DNA of 64,000 bases from Alphaproteobacteria bacterium (GTDB lineage: Bacteria > Pseudomonadota > Alphaproteobacteria > CAAHEQ01 > UBA3637), in NCBI GenBank assembly GCA_045605805.1, contig JAZUQR010000008.1, positions 1 to 64,000 on the forward strand. Direction: 5' to 3'. The first letter of the stretch is position 1. Every line of letters begins with the position of its first letter. Of the stretch, positions 20,485 through 30,306 are shown piece after piece. The translations under genes and the position numbers were made by a program. The notes beneath the pieces are model-generated. The model saw only the letters and a program-made list of their open reading frames with translations. It made no database searches and was not told the DNA's origin.

Positions 20485-21531
20485 ATGCTTAAAACAGCAG
20501 AAGCGGTGTCCATCGGCCACCCTGATAAAACAGCCGATTACATTTCAAGTTACATTTTAGACAGACTTATCGAACAGGATCCGGGCGTTCATTACGCGGT
20601 GGAGGTCTTAATCAAGGACAACACCGTTGTGTTGGGCGGCGAAGTCAAAGGCGCGGTGGATATGTCTGACATTGAAACATATGTTCGCAATGCTCTCCGA
20701 GAAATCGGTTATGATGAACATTACTCAGACATATGGAAAAATTATGCCATAGATGTTCGACATATAGAGGTCATAAACAAAATCGGGGTCCAATCGGCCG
20801 ACATCAATCAAGGTGTCGAGCGCGATGGATGGGGAGATCAAGGCGTGTTTGTGGGCTATGCCTGCAAAGGTCCGGGGCTCATCAACCGCGAGTTATGGCT
20901 GGCCCGCAAACTAAATGATGCTCTTTATGAACATGCGAAGACATCATCTAACCTCGGCCTCGACATAAAAACACAAATTACCATAGATGATGCAACCGGT
21001 GACATAGTGACAGCCATCGTTGCCATACCTATGCTTGAGCCGGAAGACATCAAACCATTTGTCGTTGATGCCCTCGGTCAAGAGCCAAAGTGCATCATCG
21101 TGAATGGCACAGGCATTTATCAGTTCCATTCGTCCATTGCCGACTGTGGTATTACCGGTCGGAAATTGGCGTGCGACTTCTATTCTACCGCCTGTCCGAT
21201 TGGCGGTGGTTCGCCATGGACCAAGGACCCGAGCAAGGCAGACTTAACCTTGAATGTCTACGCCCGTTACCTTGCAACCGAACATCTTGGTGACAATGAT
21301 GAGTGCTTCGTTTACCTTTCATCTTGCATTGGCAAATCAGAACTCCCCAGCGGTTTGATCCGGACGGTCAAGGACGGCATTGTCACGAACAGTCCGCTCA
21401 TTTGCAATGAAAAACCCAACACTTTAATCAAGTTCTTCGGCTTGGATCGACCGATTTACACCAAGCTCTGCCGTAAGACTTTGCAGGCGTTGGCAATCGT
21501 TCCGGTTCAGAAGGACAAACTTGTTGCCTAA
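20485..21531 (+). CDS. metK: S-adenosylmethionine synthetase (phage-encoded, divergent)
   Basis: EAVSIGHPDK, GDQG, GITGRK, GGGSPWTKDPSKAD motifs. Confidence 0.9.
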   Translation: MLKTAEAVSIGHPDKTADYISSYILDRLIEQDPGVHYAVEVLIKDNTVVLGGEVKGAVDMSDIETYVRNALREIGYDEHYSDIWKNYAIDVRHIEVINKIGVQSADINQGVERDGWGDQGVFVGYACKGPGLINRELWLARKLNDALYEHAKTSSNLGLDIKTQITIDDATGDIVTAIVAIPMLEPEDIKPFVVDALGQEPKCIIVNGTGIYQFHSSIADCGITGRKLACDFYSTACPIGGGSPWTKDPSKADLTLNVYARYLATEHLGDNDECFVYLSSCIGKSELPSGLIRTVKDGIVTNSPLICNEKPNTLIKFFGLDRPIYTKLCRKTLQALAIVPVQKDKLVA

Positions 21532-21592
21532 CCCCGAAGTTCCCAGGAAGTTCCGCCAGTTGGTCGCTCAACTTCGAGCGGCCGAGGCCGGC

Positions 21593-21761
21593 GGGTCCTT
21601 CCTCACTTCGGATCGTATGCGGGGCTCCAAGCCGCGGCATTTTTCTAGCAAAACACAAAAAATCCGGCTGGTCGGGCATACATTAAAAACCATGTAAAAT
21701 CAATAATTTATAGTATTACGAAAAAGTTCGGGCTGGTCACTTTCAAAATCCGGCTGGTCAC
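21593..21761 (+). other. lambda-like cos packaging site (cosQ, cosN, repeated R-like boxes)
   Basis: GGGTCCT (identical to lambda cosQ) at 21593, then GCG-GGGCTCCAAGC-CGCGG..TTTT, then three GGCTGGTC boxes. Confidence 0.62.
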
Positions 21762-21859
21762 CCCGAGCAATTTTCATCTTAAAACATAATTCAGGTATAT
21801 ATTTTGGGCATATTCACTGCCCCGAAATATATACTTTCACTCAAAAGATAGGAGGAAAA

Positions 21860-23083
21860 ATGGAGTATCAACAATACTTTCCAGTAGATAAACTTATACC
21901 TTACGAATACAACACACGCACGCACGATGAAGAGCAAATCGAACAGGTTATGGCCAGTATTGAGAAGTTCGGCTTTAGAAACCCAATTCTGATCGGCACA
22001 GATAACGTCATTATTGCCGGTCATGGCAGACTTATGGCGGCTAAACGCCTGGGATTGACCGAAGTTCCGGTCCTCATTTGCTCGGACTTAACTGAAACGG
22101 AACGCCGGGCATTGGCTATTGCCGATAACAAAATAGCCATGAACGCCGGTTGGGATGAAAAGATGTTGGCGTTAGAAATCGGAAGGCTCAGGGCGGAAGA
22201 TTTTGACGTATCCAAGCTCGGCTTTTCCGGTGAAGAGCTTTATGCTTTTGAAAATTTTGGGAACATTCAGGATACCAGTAATACCGGAGACGATGAGATA
22301 CCCGAGGCACCGGTTGAACCGATAACAAAACGTGGTGACGTTTGGCAGTTGGGAAACCACCGTCTGATGTGCGGAGACACGACTATGATAGATGATTTCA
22401 AAAAGCTGATGCAGAACGACGTGGCCGACATGATCTTTACCGACCCGCCATACAATGTTAACTACGGCGCAACGATGAAAGACAAGCTCCGCTATCACAC
22501 CAGTCCGAACCATGGCCGCACCATTATGAACGACAACCTTGGCGAGAATTTCGAACAGTTTCTTTACGATGCCTGCACCAATATGTTGATGTACTGCCGT
22601 GGGGCCGCCTACGTTTGTATGAGTTCTTCGGAGCTACATACCCTTTACAACGCGTTTATAGCGGCTGGGGGTAAATGGTCCACCTTTATCATTTGGGCCA
22701 AAAATACCTTCACCTTGGGTCGGTCTGATTACCAACGGCAATATGAGCCTATCCTTTACGGCTGGGTTAAGGATAAAGAACACCACTGGTGTGGGGACAG
22801 AAATCAGTCCGATGTTTGGGAATACAACAAGCCCATCCGGAACGATTTACACCCAACCATGAAACCGGTGGAGTTGGTTATGCGGGCCATCGAAAATAGC
22901 TCCAAAATCGGGGACATTGTCATGGATGGATTTGGGGGCTCCGGATCCACACTAATTGCCTGTCAAAAGCTGGGACGAGTCGCTCGAGTCGTCGAATTAG
23001 ACCCGAAATACTGCGATGTGATCATCAAACGCTGGGAAGAAATGACTGGGGAAAAGGCGGTTCTGTGGGAGCCAAACGTTTAG
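21860..23083 (+). CDS. ParB-N-terminal domain + N4C/N6A DNA methyltransferase
   Basis: IIAGHGRL (ParB), FTDPPYN, HPTMKPV, DGFGGSGST. Confidence 0.92.
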   Translation: MEYQQYFPVDKLIPYEYNTRTHDEEQIEQVMASIEKFGFRNPILIGTDNVIIAGHGRLMAAKRLGLTEVPVLICSDLTETERRALAIADNKIAMNAGWDEKMLALEIGRLRAEDFDVSKLGFSGEELYAFENFGNIQDTSNTGDDEIPEAPVEPITKRGDVWQLGNHRLMCGDTTMIDDFKKLMQNDVADMIFTDPPYNVNYGATMKDKLRYHTSPNHGRTIMNDNLGENFEQFLYDACTNMLMYCRGAAYVCMSSSELHTLYNAFIAAGGKWSTFIIWAKNTFTLGRSDYQRQYEPILYGWVKDKEHHWCGDRNQSDVWEYNKPIRNDLHPTMKPVELVMRAIENSSKIGDIVMDGFGGSGSTLIACQKLGRVARVVELDPKYCDVIIKRWEEMTGEKAVLWEPNV

Positions 23084-23293
23084 GCCGACAATATGCTGAA
23101 AAGAAAGTTGCAGGCGCACATTGGCGGTATTTTCCCGCATCATTTGGCTGATTTTTAATTATCATTATTTATCAAGTATTTATTGTTAAAAATAATGCAG
23201 AAATAACTGGATATAAATTCGAATAAGAGCGATTGTTGTGTTGTAAGCAAAGGCATGGTGGCCCGCGCAAAAACAAAAACAAAAGGATACGAA

Positions 23294-23605
23294 ATGAAGA
23301 CAGTTAAAACTTACATGGTCAGGAAGCCTTCAGACCTTGCAGAAGTAAAGAGCATAACCAGAGCCAACAGCGACAGACTTGAAACTGTGGCGGTGGTTGA
23401 AACCATTAACCTGACACCGGCCGAACATAAAAGAGTATGCCGCAACCCATTACACGATTACGGCTTCTTAAAAGGCAAAGGTGGTTACTGCGATGAGCAC
23501 GAATACCGCCAGGTGGTTGAAATAACAGCAGACGGCCAGCCGACACTTTATGCTGACCCGTCAGGATCAAGCTACTGCAGATACTTAGGCATAGAGGTTA
23601 AATAA
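23294..23605 (+). CDS. hypothetical phage protein
   Basis: RBS; ends YADPSGSSYCRYLGI. Confidence 0.6.
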   Translation: MKTVKTYMVRKPSDLAEVKSITRANSDRLETVAVVETINLTPAEHKRVCRNPLHDYGFLKGKGGYCDEHEYRQVVEITADGQPTLYADPSGSSYCRYLGIEVK

Positions 23606-23615
23606 GGAGGTCGCC

Positions 23616-23912
23616 ATGATGAACAAGAAAGCAAACTTAAACCAAGCCTTTAAAGAACTCCGCAAGCTCGGATACTTTGCAAGACAGAACTTTTGGTGCT
23701 GTCAATCCTGCGCTTGGGCCGCGGTACCGATGGATGCCAAAAAGGTGGTATTTTACCACAGGCAAGATACCGAAGAATTAAACAAAACCGGTGAATGCTA
23801 CCTTGCCTGGTCCGGTGACCGGGACGAAATCGCCGAGGTCCTGGAACGCAACGGGGTCTTAAAAACAAAGCCGGAAAACGAAAGCCAAAGATTTGAAATC
23901 AGCATTAACTAG
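23616..23912 (+). CDS. hypothetical phage protein (DUF6891-like)
   Basis: AFKELRKLGYFARQNFWCCQSCA motif. Confidence 0.6.
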   Translation: MMNKKANLNQAFKELRKLGYFARQNFWCCQSCAWAAVPMDAKKVVFYHRQDTEELNKTGECYLAWSGDRDEIAEVLERNGVLKTKPENESQRFEISIN

Positions 23913-23924
23913 AAAGGAAAAACA

Positions 23925-24416
23925 ATGACTGAGATTTTAAAGACACAAAACAAAACCTGGGGATTTTGGGGAACCGCCAGCAACCATATAGAACATAAAA
24001 AGGAAATGCAGGCATTTTGGGATAAGGCCGCCGAGATAATCCAATCCAAGGGCTTAACCCCGCAACAGACCCTGGGCCTGATGGACAGCCGCTGGGGCCG
24101 CCACATCGCTGACGAGTTCGCCGAAGAACTCAGCACTAACCTGGAAACATTCGCCTCGGTATTTAAAAGGCAAATGAGCACGATCCGGTTGATTAAGGAG
24201 TTCCGCTACTATGTGGACCCGAAAGCATTCCCGGACGTAAAGCCCCGCGCTTATGAGAACTTCGCCAAGGATTTAACCAAACTCTGCAAGACCTACGGTG
24301 TAACGATAAAGTGCATCGGCGGCGTAAGTCTGCACTCGCAAGACGAAATGAAAAAGCTCCTGGGTTACAGCTCAGACCTGGACAGCGGTGACATATTACC
24401 GATTTGGAGGGATTAA
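23925..24416 (+). CDS. hypothetical phage protein
   Basis: RBS; WGFWGT...DSRWGRHIAD. Confidence 0.6.
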   Translation: MTEILKTQNKTWGFWGTASNHIEHKKEMQAFWDKAAEIIQSKGLTPQQTLGLMDSRWGRHIADEFAEELSTNLETFASVFKRQMSTIRLIKEFRYYVDPKAFPDVKPRAYENFAKDLTKLCKTYGVTIKCIGGVSLHSQDEMKKLLGYSSDLDSGDILPIWRD

Positions 24417-24417
24417 A

Positions 24418-24789
24418 ATGTATCAAGAAGTACCTGAAGATTTAATGGCCAAAATTAAAAAGGCCGCCGGCACTATTAACGAACACAACTGTGCGGTTGA
24501 TACCATGCTTATCGCTGTTGGAGAAAAATATTATGGTTATCAACCCCAACCTCAGCCGAAGAAAAAGAAATACTGCCAGGTGGCAGATAAACGGCTCGAG
24601 GAACTGAGCCACACGTTCAACGAGGTCCATGACGGACTGGCAAAGGAAAACATTGACCTCTTGGTCTGCTTTGTGGCTCTAAAAGACGGCGGTGCAACGG
24701 TTTTCGTATCGCAGGAAGCCGTTAACCGCCGCCTAGATGTGTTTAACGAACTCAAAAAAATGGAGGAACAACATGCCAAAATATCCTGA
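24418..24789 (+). CDS. hypothetical phage protein
   Basis: GGAGG RBS; in operon. Confidence 0.55.
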   Translation: MYQEVPEDLMAKIKKAAGTINEHNCAVDTMLIAVGEKYYGYQPQPQPKKKKYCQVADKRLEELSHTFNEVHDGLAKENIDLLVCFVALKDGGATVFVSQEAVNRRLDVFNELKKMEEQHAKIS

Positions 24790-24970
24790 TATTACGGTCC
24801 AGCTGACCGGTAAAGACGGTAACGCATTTTATATATTAGGTATATGTTTACGGGCTATGCGCCGGGCCGGACTGAGCCAAGAAGAGCGCGATGCCTTTCA
24901 GGCGGAAGCGACCTCGGGCAATTACGACCATTTGCTTGCCACCTGCATGGAATGGTTTGAGGTAGAGTAA
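24773..24970 (+). CDS. conserved small phage protein
   Basis: VQLTGKDGNAFYILG...EATSGNYDHLL. Confidence 0.7.
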   Translation: MPKYPDITVQLTGKDGNAFYILGICLRAMRRAGLSQEERDAFQAEATSGNYDHLLATCMEWFEVE

Positions 24971-25038
24971 AATTTTTTCGTAGTATTGCTTTTTTAATTT
25001 TTTTGGGATAGACTCTCATAAATAATTAGGAGCGCACT

Positions 25039-25695
25039 ATGAAAAAAGGTCTTGTATACATACTCACAAATCCATCGATGCCGGATTGGGTCAAAATTGG
25101 TTTTACCGATAATGAGGATATTAATCAGAGATTAAAAGAGCTGAATAGTTCCACGGCAGTACCGTTGAGTTTTCGCGTATACGCGACATTGGCTGTAGAA
25201 AATCCAAGAGAAATTGAACAACATGTACACGCTCTGTTTGATTTGATTGACGATTCTTTACACTCAATTGAGGAAACAGGACATGGTAAAAAAAGAGTTC
25301 GTGAGTTTTTCCAGGTGTCACCCTCAAAGGCTTATTCGGTTTTGGAACGTGTAGCTAGTTTGAACAATAATTTACAAAACTTGAAGCGTGTAGTTCCATC
25401 TGAAGAAGAGCAAAAAGAAGATGATATTGCACAAACGTCGCGCCGATCTAAAATGACTTTCCGGAACCTTAAAATTCCGGTTGGTGCTGAATTGACCTAT
25501 ATATATGATGAAACGAAAAAATGTGTCGTAAAGGACAATAAGAGAACGGTTGAATACGAAGGTAAAGAGACATCATTGTCAGCATTAGCGCAAAAGCTGA
25601 GTAATTCTAAATATAAGCCACAAGGGACATCCTACTGGGAATACCAAGGCGAGACTTTGCTAGAGCGCAGGTTAAGAATGGAAAAAGAAGGATAA
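25039..25695 (+). CDS. GIY-YIG/T5orf172-family nuclease domain protein
   Basis: GLVYILTNPSMPDWVKIGFT...RLKEL...REFF. Confidence 0.82.
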   Translation: MKKGLVYILTNPSMPDWVKIGFTDNEDINQRLKELNSSTAVPLSFRVYATLAVENPREIEQHVHALFDLIDDSLHSIEETGHGKKRVREFFQVSPSKAYSVLERVASLNNNLQNLKRVVPSEEEQKEDDIAQTSRRSKMTFRNLKIPVGAELTYIYDETKKCVVKDNKRTVEYEGKETSLSALAQKLSNSKYKPQGTSYWEYQGETLLERRLRMEKEG

Positions 25696-25699
25696 AATT

Positions 25700-25729
25700 A
25701 AGGGGCCGATTTTAGTCGGTCCCTTTTTT
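25700..25729. terminator. terminator between convergent genes
   Basis: AAGGGGCCGA-TTTTAG-TCGGTCCCTTTTTT. Confidence 0.65.
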
Positions 25730-25742
25730 ACTGGATAATAAT

Positions 25743-26096
25743 CTAGGCGTTGGCCTTAAGGTAATAAGTCCGCACGCCGTCCTTCTTTTCGGAGGCGATG
25801 GTTTTCTTTTCGTTTTTAGCGTAAAGCGACATCGCACCGCGGATCGAGTTTTCTTTCCAGCCGAGCTGATCAGCCATCTCTTTTAAGGTAGCACCTTCCG
25901 GCCGGCTCAGCATCACAACCATCAAGGCTGTCTTGCCGCGTTTTGAAAGCTCTTTAACCGGCTCGGGTTTTGCTTCAGGTTCTGCCGCCACCTTGTTTAA
26001 GGTTTCGGTCAGGACGTTGTTCAACTCATTAATTGTAATACTGGAGGTTGATTTTTTAGTAGCCTTAGCCACTGGGTTTTTCTTTTGTGTTGTCAT
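25743..26096 (-). CDS. DUF3489 domain protein
   Basis: MLSRPEGATLKEMADQLGWKENSIRGAMS. Confidence 0.85.
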   Translation of the reverse strand: MTTQKKNPVAKATKKSTSSITINELNNVLTETLNKVAAEPEAKPEPVKELSKRGKTALMVVMLSRPEGATLKEMADQLGWKENSIRGAMSLYAKNEKKTIASEKKDGVRTYYLKANA

Positions 26097-26186
26097 GTTT
26101 TTATCCTTTCTATCTGGTTAACACAACACAATACATGCTTGGTTTTGAAAGAATATCCAGTAAATAATGCAAGAAAGTGAAGAAAT

Positions 26187-26696
26187 ATGGCAAATAAAGT
26201 GTCAATGCGGGAATATGCCCGACTGCGTGGGGTTAATCTTAACGCTGTTCAGACGGCTGTTAAGTCCGGTCGCATCCATACCGACCCTGACGGCAAGATT
26301 GACGTAGAGGAAGCCAATCGTGATTGGTTCATCAATACGGACCCTGCACAACAGCGAAAGCCCGATCCTTTGTTTGAAGCGCAAGTCGGAAGTCGACCGA
26401 ATAATATGGGAACATTCCAACAGGCTAAAACTGCCGATATTTATTACCGGGCCATGATAGCCAAGGCAAAACTGAGGGTTTTGAATGGCGAAGTCGTCGA
26501 TAAGAAAAAAGCCGCCAATTATGCATACATGCTCGGCCGCTCTATCAGAGACTTGATGTTGAGCTTCCCGGTACGTTATGGCGCAGTTATCGCATCGGAA
26601 TTAGGTGCGGATGAACATACAACAACGTTAATTTTGGAGAAATACATCAGTGAACTCCTTTCAAACAGCGCAGAACTCCTTGAGCGAAAACTTTGA
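26187..26696 (+). CDS. terminase small subunit (Nu1-like)
   Basis: N-terminal wHTH SMREYARLRGV...AVKSGRI; directly upstream of the large subunit. Confidence 0.75.
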   Translation: MANKVSMREYARLRGVNLNAVQTAVKSGRIHTDPDGKIDVEEANRDWFINTDPAQQRKPDPLFEAQVGSRPNNMGTFQQAKTADIYYRAMIAKAKLRVLNGEVVDKKKAANYAYMLGRSIRDLMLSFPVRYGAVIASELGADEHTTTLILEKYISELLSNSAELLERKL

Positions 26697-28590
26697 TGTA
26701 GAGAGCTTTATTGCCTACGAATTCTTCAGAGGTTTAGAACCGGATAGCTACATGTCGGTATCGGACTGGGCTGATGCGTACCGGACCTTATCATCAAAGT
26801 CAGCGGCTGAACCCGGGCGGTGGCGAACCAAACGCACGCCCTACTTAAGAGAGATTATGGACTGCCTGTCGCCAAGGTCGCCAATTCAAAAGGTCGTTTT
26901 TATGAAAGGCGCACAGATCGGCGGCACCGAATGCGGCAATAACTGGATCGGCTACATTATACATAAGGCACCCGGTCCGATTATGGCCATCTCGCCGACT
27001 GTGGAAATGGCCAAGCGTAACTCGCGCCAGCGTATTGATCCGCTGATCGAGGACTGTCCGGCACTTAAAAACCTGGTCAGTACCGCCCGGTCACGCGATA
27101 AAGGCAACACCATGTTGTCAAAGGACTTCCAAGGCGGAGTTTTGGTGATGACCGGTGCGAATTCGGCCGTTGGACTTCGCTCTATGCCGGCCCGATACCT
27201 GTTTATGGACGAGATTGACGGTTATCCGGCCGACATCGAGGGCGAAGGTGATCCGATCCTGCTGGCAGAGCGAAGAACAGCGACGTTCAGCACCAAGAAA
27301 AAGATATTCCTGGTTTCAACGCCGACAATAAAGGGAGTTTCGGCCATTGAGCGCGAGTTTTCGCACTCGGACCAAAGGTTCTATAAACTTCCTTGCCCGT
27401 TCTGTGGCGGCTTTCAAGCCCTTAAATGGGAGCAAATCCGGCCACAAGAAGATGGCATCGTCTTTTATGAATGCGAACATTGCCATAAGCTCATTGCCGA
27501 GCATTATAAAACGCAGATGTTGGAAGCCGGACATTGGGAAGCTACAGCGCAGTCAATTGACGGATTAACCGCCGGTTTTCATCTGTCCTCGCTTTACTCC
27601 CCGATCGGGTGGCTGTCTTGGGCCGAATGCGTGCAGATTTACGAAAAAGCCAAAAAAGATGCCACGCTGATGCAAGGCTTCCGGAATACGATTTTAGGCG
27701 AAACTTATGAGCAAGAGAGCGAGGCTCCGGAATGGCAAAGGCTCTATGAAACCCGGGAAAATTATCCGATGGGTGTCGTGCCGCGCGATGGTTTATTCCT
27801 GACCGCCGGCGTGGATATTCAAAAGAACCGTATTGAATGTGAGGTTGTGGCTTGGGGTCGGCAAAAACAAAGCTGGTCTGTTGACTATTATGTATTAGAC
27901 GGCGACACCGCTAAGCCTGAGGTTTGGAGTAAACTGGCCGATGTGGTCAACAAGGACTATCCTCACGAAAGCGGGATCACGATGCCGATCCGGGTGATGT
28001 GCGTTGACTCCGGTTATGCCACACAGGACGTTTACACCTTTGTCCGTCAGTTTAACCAGGCTGTTTGGGGTGGTAACGGTGCCAGGGCCAATGCGCCAAG
28101 GACTGTTGTTGCTATTAAAGGTCAAAGCCGCGATACAGCGATGATCCTCTCGACCTCTAAGGCTGACACGAAAAAGAAAGGCCTGAAGGTGTGGAACGTG
28201 TCCGGTCCGGTGATTAAAACCGAGCTTTACCGGTGGCTGAAGATGGAACGTGTCGGCGAAGATGCTTCGCAGTTCGGCCGCTGTCACTTCCCGGCTTATG
28301 CTGAAGAGTATTTCAAACAGCTGACCGCTGAACGTCAGGTGGTTAAGGTAAGCAACGGTTATCCGAAATCCGTATGGGAAAAAGACCCGACCCGGCGAAA
28401 CGAAGCCTTGGACTGCCGCGTTTATGCACGTGCCGGTGCGGCGATTTACGGTCTTGACCGGATATCCGAGCGCGGCTGGCAGGAACTGGAAGCGGCTATT
28501 CCAAAGGAACCGAACCAAAAGATAAAAGTTAAAAAGCAACCGAAATTTATTCAAATCCAACCAACAAAGGTGAATGACCCATGGCTATAA
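26650..28590 (+). CDS. terminase large subunit (lambda GpA family)
   Basis: RTPYLREIMD, KGAQIGGTE, LFMDEID, NEALDC; start uncertain. Confidence 0.95.
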   Translation: MNSFQTAQNSLSENFDVESFIAYEFFRGLEPDSYMSVSDWADAYRTLSSKSAAEPGRWRTKRTPYLREIMDCLSPRSPIQKVVFMKGAQIGGTECGNNWIGYIIHKAPGPIMAISPTVEMAKRNSRQRIDPLIEDCPALKNLVSTARSRDKGNTMLSKDFQGGVLVMTGANSAVGLRSMPARYLFMDEIDGYPADIEGEGDPILLAERRTATFSTKKKIFLVSTPTIKGVSAIEREFSHSDQRFYKLPCPFCGGFQALKWEQIRPQEDGIVFYECEHCHKLIAEHYKTQMLEAGHWEATAQSIDGLTAGFHLSSLYSPIGWLSWAECVQIYEKAKKDATLMQGFRNTILGETYEQESEAPEWQRLYETRENYPMGVVPRDGLFLTAGVDIQKNRIECEVVAWGRQKQSWSVDYYVLDGDTAKPEVWSKLADVVNKDYPHESGITMPIRVMCVDSGYATQDVYTFVRQFNQAVWGGNGARANAPRTVVAIKGQSRDTAMILSTSKADTKKKGLKVWNVSGPVIKTELYRWLKMERVGEDASQFGRCHFPAYAEEYFKQLTAERQVVKVSNGYPKSVWEKDPTRRNEALDCRVYARAGAAIYGLDRISERGWQELEAAIPKEPNQKIKVKKQPKFIQIQPTKVNDPWL

Positions 28591-28820
28591 CAAACGTAGA
28601 AATTTTGAAAACAAGACTGGTAGAGGCCGAAGAAGCCTATCACAAGCTGATGATCGGCGAAAAAGAAGTCTCGGTCAGCGTTGGCAACTTTGGCTCGACC
28701 ACCTATAACCAAGCGAGCCGGACAGCCCTTGAAAGTTATATCAGTTCTCTTAAATCGCAAATCGCGGCGGCTGAAGGAACATCAACCTGTCGCCGGCGGA
28801 TTTTGAAAGTGAGTTTTTAA
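28581..28820 (+). CDS. head-tail joining protein gpW
   Basis: Size, position and EAEEAYHKLMIG pattern. Confidence 0.8.
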   Translation: MAITNVEILKTRLVEAEEAYHKLMIGEKEVSVSVGNFGSTTYNQASRTALESYISSLKSQIAAAEGTSTCRRRILKVSF

Positions 28821-30292
28821 TGACAGACACATCACACAAAGCAGCTTCGCAAACTTTGCGAGAAATTGCCTCATGGCTCCCGGGCCGCGGTTCAGCCGAC
28901 AGCGACTTACTGCCGGAATTAGACACGATCGTTGCCCGGTCGCGCGATTTAACGCGTAATCATGGAATTGCCGCCGGTGCCATGCAGACCTTGTCCGATA
29001 ACATTGTCGGCACCGGGTTTCGCCTATCGGCCAAGCCGGATTACAAGGCACTCGGCAAAACCAAGGAATGGGAAGAAGAATGGCAAGCACACGTTGAGAG
29101 TCTATGGCGATCATGGTCCGAAACCTTTGAATGTGATGCGGCCAAGTCCTTAACTTTTCATGGCCTGACGACACAAGTTTTCAAGTCTTGCCTAATTAAT
29201 GGCGAGGCTTTAGCCATACCGCTTTGGCTTAAAGACCGTCCGTTTTCTACCGCAATTCAGTTGGTGGAACCGGATCGGCTCTCTAATCCAAACGGCCAAA
29301 CGGATAGCAAAACACTCCGCGGTGGTATTGAAATAGATAAGTATGGCGCACCCGTTGCTTATTATATTCAAAAGGACCACCCCGGCGACTATTGGACAGG
29401 AACTGCGTCTTGGGAGCGTATTCCGGCATTTACTCATTTTGGCCGGAGACGAGTTCTACACGTTCACGACATCAGCCGTATCGGTCAATCTCGTGGAAAG
29501 CCTGTCCTCAGCTCCATCATGCCGATGTTCAAAATGTTGGACCATTACGAGCGATCCGAGCTTCAAGCCGCAATCGTCAACGCAATGATTGCCGCATTTA
29601 TAGAAACACCGATGGATGGCGAAAGCCTGAACGAATTGTTCGGCGGGTCAAGTGATGATTACTTGAATGCCAAAAAGGATTGGCAGGTTAAACTTGAAGG
29701 TGGCTCTATCATCCCCGTTTTTCCTGGTGATAAAGTCGCGCCATTCACGCCCTCACGACCGAACTCGGCTTATGGAGCTTTCGTTGAAAACTTGCTCCGA
29801 CATATCGGAACCGGCCTTAACATTCCTTATGAATTGCTCTTGAAAGACTTTTCAAAGACCAATTATTCGTCCGCCCGGTCGGCATTGCTCGAGGCTTGGC
29901 GATACTTTAACGGTCGCCGGCAATGGCTTTCCACTTACTGGGCCACGCCGGTTTATGAGCTTTGGCTGGAAGAAGCCGTCAATAAAGGCTTGGTTGATGC
30001 ACCGGACTTTTACGAGAACCGCTATGCTTACACAAGATGTAAGTGGATCGGTCCGGGTCGCGGCTGGGTTGACCCGGTCAAAGAAGCTCAGGCCTGCCAA
30101 ATCCGAATGGACATCGGACTTTCTACATTAGAGGCCGAATGCGCCGGTCAAGGCTTGGACTGGGAAGAAGTTTTGGAACAACGGGCGAGAGAAAAAGCCA
30201 AACTCGCCGAATTAGGTTTAACAACTGAAAATTCAACACAAAAGGAGATTGAAACATCACAAGAAACAGATAAATCTGGTAATTTTTCTTAG
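28820..30292 (+). CDS. portal protein, lambda family
   Basis: RSRDLTRN, DFSKTNYSSAR, WVDPVKE. Confidence 0.95.
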   Translation: MTDTSHKAASQTLREIASWLPGRGSADSDLLPELDTIVARSRDLTRNHGIAAGAMQTLSDNIVGTGFRLSAKPDYKALGKTKEWEEEWQAHVESLWRSWSETFECDAAKSLTFHGLTTQVFKSCLINGEALAIPLWLKDRPFSTAIQLVEPDRLSNPNGQTDSKTLRGGIEIDKYGAPVAYYIQKDHPGDYWTGTASWERIPAFTHFGRRRVLHVHDISRIGQSRGKPVLSSIMPMFKMLDHYERSELQAAIVNAMIAAFIETPMDGESLNELFGGSSDDYLNAKKDWQVKLEGGSIIPVFPGDKVAPFTPSRPNSAYGAFVENLLRHIGTGLNIPYELLLKDFSKTNYSSARSALLEAWRYFNGRRQWLSTYWATPVYELWLEEAVNKGLVDAPDFYENRYAYTRCKWIGPGRGWVDPVKEAQACQIRMDIGLSTLEAECAGQGLDWEEVLEQRAREKAKLAELGLTTENSTQKEIETSQETDKSGNFS

Positions 30293-30306
30293 AATACTTG
30301 GTAATT

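Noticed and set aside
27895-28560. Long antisense or alternative-frame ORFs here and elsewhere (e.g. 9937-10554, 8281-8823, 61225-61698)
   Set aside because: They overlap well-supported genes and show no recognisable motifs
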